22,830 bases of DNA from contig CAWVXU010000040.1 in the NCBI GenBank assembly GCA_963934255.1, positions 1 to 22,830 on the forward strand, in the 5' to 3' direction. Positions within the stretch are counted from its first letter, which is position 1. Each line of letters begins with the position of its first letter. This DNA comes from an uncultured Fibrobacterales bacterium (GTDB taxonomy: Bacteria > Fibrobacterota > Fibrobacteria > Fibrobacterales > CAWVXU01). This document shows positions 19,537-22,830 of this stretch, piece by piece. The position numbers and the translations under genes are program-made. The notes below the pieces were generated by a model. It searched no databases. It worked only from the letters and a program-made list of their open reading frames with translations, and was not told the DNA's origin.

Positions 19537-20196
19537 TTAATCACTTCGGCGTAAGTCACCATAGTCAACTCCCTCTTGCGGGACTCTAATGACGAGTTGA
19601 GTTAAAATCTTTTGGTAGAGCTCAAACATCTCTTGAGCCCCACGGCCTAGAGACTCTTCTTCTTCTTTTTCTAGATTATAGACTTGATATGATCCATCTG
19701 GGAACACATAGCAGAAGCAGTCCCATGATACATCTTGGTCTTCAGGGTGAGACTCAAGCATCAAAAGTGGCTCAGGACAATCATAAGCCCCTAGATGACC
19801 ATCACTCATTAAAAAGTGGTTTCTGCTGAGTATGAAGTGTTCTAATGCCATGAAACTATCAGTTGAATAATTACTGATTAAGTCTTTCATGTTGGTTACT
19901 TCTTCAGCATAAGGATCACATAAACCATCAGGTAAGACTATTTGATGGTAATCGTACAATTTGGCACGCTCTCCTAATCTTTCAGCCCAACTCGCAGGTG
20001 GTTCAGGTTTATCCAGTAAAAATTTAAGACAATCGGATAGGATTTGCGGTAAAGGATTTTTCCTTGTTTCACTTTTCTTTTGACCAAGATCTAAAAGTTG
20101 TCGAAAATTTCCATATAACACTTCTGGTTCAGGAGCTTCTTTGTCTTGAAATTCTTCTTCGAAACCTTCGGGTAGTTCAAAATCTTCTTTATTCAT
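19537..20196 (-). CDS. Acidic hypothetical protein
   Basis: 219-aa ORF with a GGAG RBS. Start overlaps the aspartoacylase stop by 8 nt (ATGAATAA). No family recognised. Confidence 0.8.
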   Translation of the reverse strand: MNKEDFELPEGFEEEFQDKEAPEPEVLYGNFRQLLDLGQKKSETRKNPLPQILSDCLKFLLDKPEPPASWAERLGERAKLYDYHQIVLPDGLCDPYAEEVTNMKDLISNYSTDSFMALEHFILSRNHFLMSDGHLGAYDCPEPLLMLESHPEDQDVSWDCFCYVFPDGSYQVYNLEKEEEESLGRGAQEMFELYQKILTQLVIRVPQEGVDYGDLRRSD

Positions 20197-21130
20197 TATC
20201 GCTCCAATTTTCCCAACTAAGGGTTCTAAACCGAGTTAAACTCATGGCAATTCCTTTTTCATAATAAGCCTGTTCATTAATAAAAACAGGGTTAAAATTA
20301 CCCGTAACTCCAGCAGGAATGTCGTTCTGCTCGAAATCTACAAAAAAGCTTTGGGTATCTTCGTTAAACTCATTATAATCTTGGTCTTGTAGTTTTGGGT
20401 GTATCATTCCACAAATTCTCCCATTTTTATCTCGTGGATAATCCAAGTTTTTAAACTGACGGTAGTGGGGGAGACTGACATCCTCTTTTTGATATTGTCC
20501 TTGATTCCATATTTCAGTGAATGAAACTATGGATTTTGATAATGTTTTACCGAGTTCAAATAAGTCAGCTCTTAATAAACCTGGAGACTGTGGGCCCATT
20601 TCAAGGCAAAGGTCCCTCTTGGCAATTGAAGGTAGGTAAGGGGAATTCATACGATCTTCTGGCATGTAATAGACTTTCACCCTGTGATCTAATTTTAAAA
20701 GCTCATGACAGAGGTAAAAGAGGTATTCATCCATAGCCCCAATGATGAGTGAAGCACCCATATTTGCAGTAGTGTTATGGATATCCACAATAAAGTCTGT
20801 ATTGAGCTCACTGTCTTTAGGGCCTAAAGTTTGATTTATTTCACGCGCTCTGGCGAATTCCCAATCTTCAGCCATATTTTTATCTAAAAGTTCATTTGAA
20901 TCACGATTAAGATCAATCAATGAAAAACAACGATTTAAGTCTTTTTCAGTGTATCTCTTATTGATTTTAATTGCTTTGGGATTGGCAATCAGCGTTTTTA
21001 TATCAATTAGGCTTGAGATTTCGTTGAAATATTTATCTAACCAAGGAACCAGATGGACTCCAGTAAGCTCATTTCCATGGGTTCCACCGACAAAAGCGAG
21101 GGACTTAACCTGATTAATCTGCTGTTTCAT
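20189..21130 (-). CDS. Aspartoacylase (AstE/AspA family, M14-like Zn hydrolase)
   Basis: GGTHGNE, NKRY..DLNRCF, DIHNTT, EMGPQ, HPKLQDQD and FINEQAYYEKGIA motifs. ATG at 21130 chosen because the 21223 start runs across the leuC leader. Confidence 0.9.
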   Translation of the reverse strand: MKQQINQVKSLAFVGGTHGNELTGVHLVPWLDKYFNEISSLIDIKTLIANPKAIKINKRYTEKDLNRCFSLIDLNRDSNELLDKNMAEDWEFARAREINQTLGPKDSELNTDFIVDIHNTTANMGASLIIGAMDEYLFYLCHELLKLDHRVKVYYMPEDRMNSPYLPSIAKRDLCLEMGPQSPGLLRADLFELGKTLSKSIVSFTEIWNQGQYQKEDVSLPHYRQFKNLDYPRDKNGRICGMIHPKLQDQDYNEFNEDTQSFFVDFEQNDIPAGVTGNFNPVFINEQAYYEKGIAMSLTRFRTLSWENWSDNE

Positions 21131-21234
21131 AGAAGACTTCTTTCTTTTTCTTAAAGATAGCAAGGTTGAGCAGATTGAAAAGCTACTGATTTCATTGTTT
21201 TTTGTTAAATTTGACATATTCAAGGAGAATTTAT

Positions 21235-22653
21235 ATGGGTAAAAGCCTTTACGAAAAAGTCTTCGAAAAACATAATGTCGGTCAACTTCCTTCTGGCCAA
21301 AATCAATTGTTTATCGGACTTCATCTGATCCACGAGGTGACTTCACCTCAAGCTTTCGCTATGATTCGCGAAGCCAATCTCACTGTACCATTTCCCAATC
21401 GTACATTTGCAACTGTAGACCACATCATCCCAACTGAGCTTGAAGAACGTTCTCGTCCTTTGAGTGATGCAATGGCAGAAGAGATGCTTCAACATCTTGA
21501 AAAAAACACTGAGGACTATGGAATTACCTATTTGTCACCTGAAAAAGGCCTTCAAGGTGTTGTACACGTTGTAGGACCAGAACAAGGCTTGACTCATCCC
21601 GGTATGACTATTGCCTGTGGTGATTCACATACATCAACTCATGGTGCTTTTGGCGCTATTGCAATGGGTATTGGGACCTCTCAGGTTGCAGATGCTCTTG
21701 CCACTCAAACTCTTGCAATGCACAAGCTTAAAGTTCGTCGTATTGAATTCACAGGAAAATTACAACCTGGTGTTTACGCCAAAGATGCAGCTCTTGCATA
21801 CATCAACAAACTTGGTGTAAACGGTGGAGTAGGGTATGCTTACGAATTTACTGGCGAGGTTGTTGATAATATGTCTATGGAAGAGCGTATGACTCTTTGT
21901 AACATGTCTATCGAAGGTGGAGCTCGTTGTGGATATGTCAATCCAGACCAAAAAACCTTCGACTACATCAAAGGCCGTACTCACGCCCCAAGTGAAGCTA
22001 ATTGGGGTTCCGCTTTAGAATATTGGAAGTCAATTGCTTCTGATTCTGATGCCGAGTTTGATGACGAATTTGTCATTAAAGGTGAAGAAATTGAACCATT
22101 TGTGACTTGGGGGATTACTCCAGCCCAATCAGTTCAAGTCAATGAAAACTTACCCACTGTTGATTCATTTATAGAATCAGACCAATTAGTGGTATCTGAA
22201 GCTTATGAATACATGTCATTTGAAGAAGGTCAAGCTATTGTGGGTACTCCCATTGATGTTGTCTTTATTGGATCTTGTACAAATGGACGTTTATCTGACT
22301 TAGAAGCAGCTGCTTCTTTTGCTAAAGGCAAAAAAGTAGCAGAAGGCGTCAAGGCGATTGTCGTTCCTGGTTCACAGAAACTTCAAAAAGAATGTGAAGA
22401 TTCAGGTCTTGCGCAAGTATTTATTGATGCTGGATTTCAGTGGCGTCAGGCAGGTTGTTCAATGTGTCTTGCGATGAATCCTGATAAATTAAAAGGCCGC
22501 GAAATTGCTGCTTCTACTTCAAATCGAAACTTTAAAGGTCGTCAAGGGTCACCAACAGGTCGTACCTTGTTGATGTCTCCAGCTATGGCTGCAGTTGCTG
22601 CTATTGAAGGTAAAGTTGTTGATGTTCGTAACTACCTAAGTGAGGAAGTATAA
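21235..22653 (+). CDS. leuC: 3-isopropylmalate dehydratase large subunit
   Basis: [47 protein letters not shown] and [21 protein letters not shown] before the ATG at 21235. Confidence 0.97.
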   Translation: MGKSLYEKVFEKHNVGQLPSGQNQLFIGLHLIHEVTSPQAFAMIREANLTVPFPNRTFATVDHIIPTELEERSRPLSDAMAEEMLQHLEKNTEDYGITYLSPEKGLQGVVHVVGPEQGLTHPGMTIACGDSHTSTHGAFGAIAMGIGTSQVADALATQTLAMHKLKVRRIEFTGKLQPGVYAKDAALAYINKLGVNGGVGYAYEFTGEVVDNMSMEERMTLCNMSIEGGARCGYVNPDQKTFDYIKGRTHAPSEANWGSALEYWKSIASDSDAEFDDEFVIKGEEIEPFVTWGITPAQSVQVNENLPTVDSFIESDQLVVSEAYEYMSFEEGQAIVGTPIDVVFIGSCTNGRLSDLEAAASFAKGKKVAEGVKAIVVPGSQKLQKECEDSGLAQVFIDAGFQWRQAGCSMCLAMNPDKLKGREIAASTSNRNFKGRQGSPTGRTLLMSPAMAAVAAIEGKVVDVRNYLSEEV

Positions 22654-22830
22654 TGTCGAAAATTGTAAATGAAATCGTTGGATCTGGTATCCATGTTCGC
22701 GGTAATGATATTGATACAGACCGTATTATTCCTGCTCGTTTTTTAAAATGTGTGACTTTTGATGGTATTGGCGAATTTGCCTTTGCTGATGATATTGCTC
22801 AACTAGCAGAAAAAGGAATTACACATTCTT
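22653..22830 (+). CDS. leuD: 3-isopropylmalate dehydratase small subunit (5' part; truncated at the window edge)
   Basis: Not in the ORF track; hand translation [40 protein letters not shown] shows the DIDTDRIIP motif. TAATG overlap with leuC; GAGG RBS. Confidence 0.95.
   Translation, partial: MSKIVNEIVGSGIHVRGNDIDTDRIIPARFLKCVTFDGIGEFAFADDIAQLAEKGITHS

Noticed and set aside
21131..21234. Leucine attenuator or T-box before leuC, and the extended starts at 21223 (-) and 21202 (+)
   Set aside because: No Leu-rich leader peptide or terminator hairpin; the extended starts overlap each other and the leuC RBS.

Overview
AT-rich bacterial chromosomal window, densely coding and mostly housekeeping. 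In order: pyruvate dehydrogenase operon pdhA-pdhB-pdhC (minus strand; pdhC runs off the left edge and is missing from the ORF track), an alanine/glycine:cation symporter, a DUF2797 protein, an ArsC/Spx-family protein, an SDR, a YgiQ radical SAM protein, an orn-PBP-lgt-SDR operon, a stand-alone fabF, a eukaryote-type citrate synthase, ACT-fused serB, a secreted fibro-slime (PA14-like) protein, an aspartoacylase coupled to an acidic orphan ORF, and leuC-leuD (leuD runs off the right edge). The fibro-slime protein and its C-terminal domain suggest Fibrobacterota (inference only). I found no mobile element, CRISPR array, tRNA or rRNA, and no clear complete novel system. Best leads: three phased 11-bp direct repeats upstream of the fibro-slime gene and a G8 tract inside it; a perfect 12-bp inverted repeat between orn and fabF whose half-site recurs upstream of the fibro-slime gene; the aspartoacylase/orphan pair; a GIY-YIG-like signature in DUF2797; and the apparently mixed ancestry of the core enzymes. 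Family assignments come from motif recognition and memory, not database searches.
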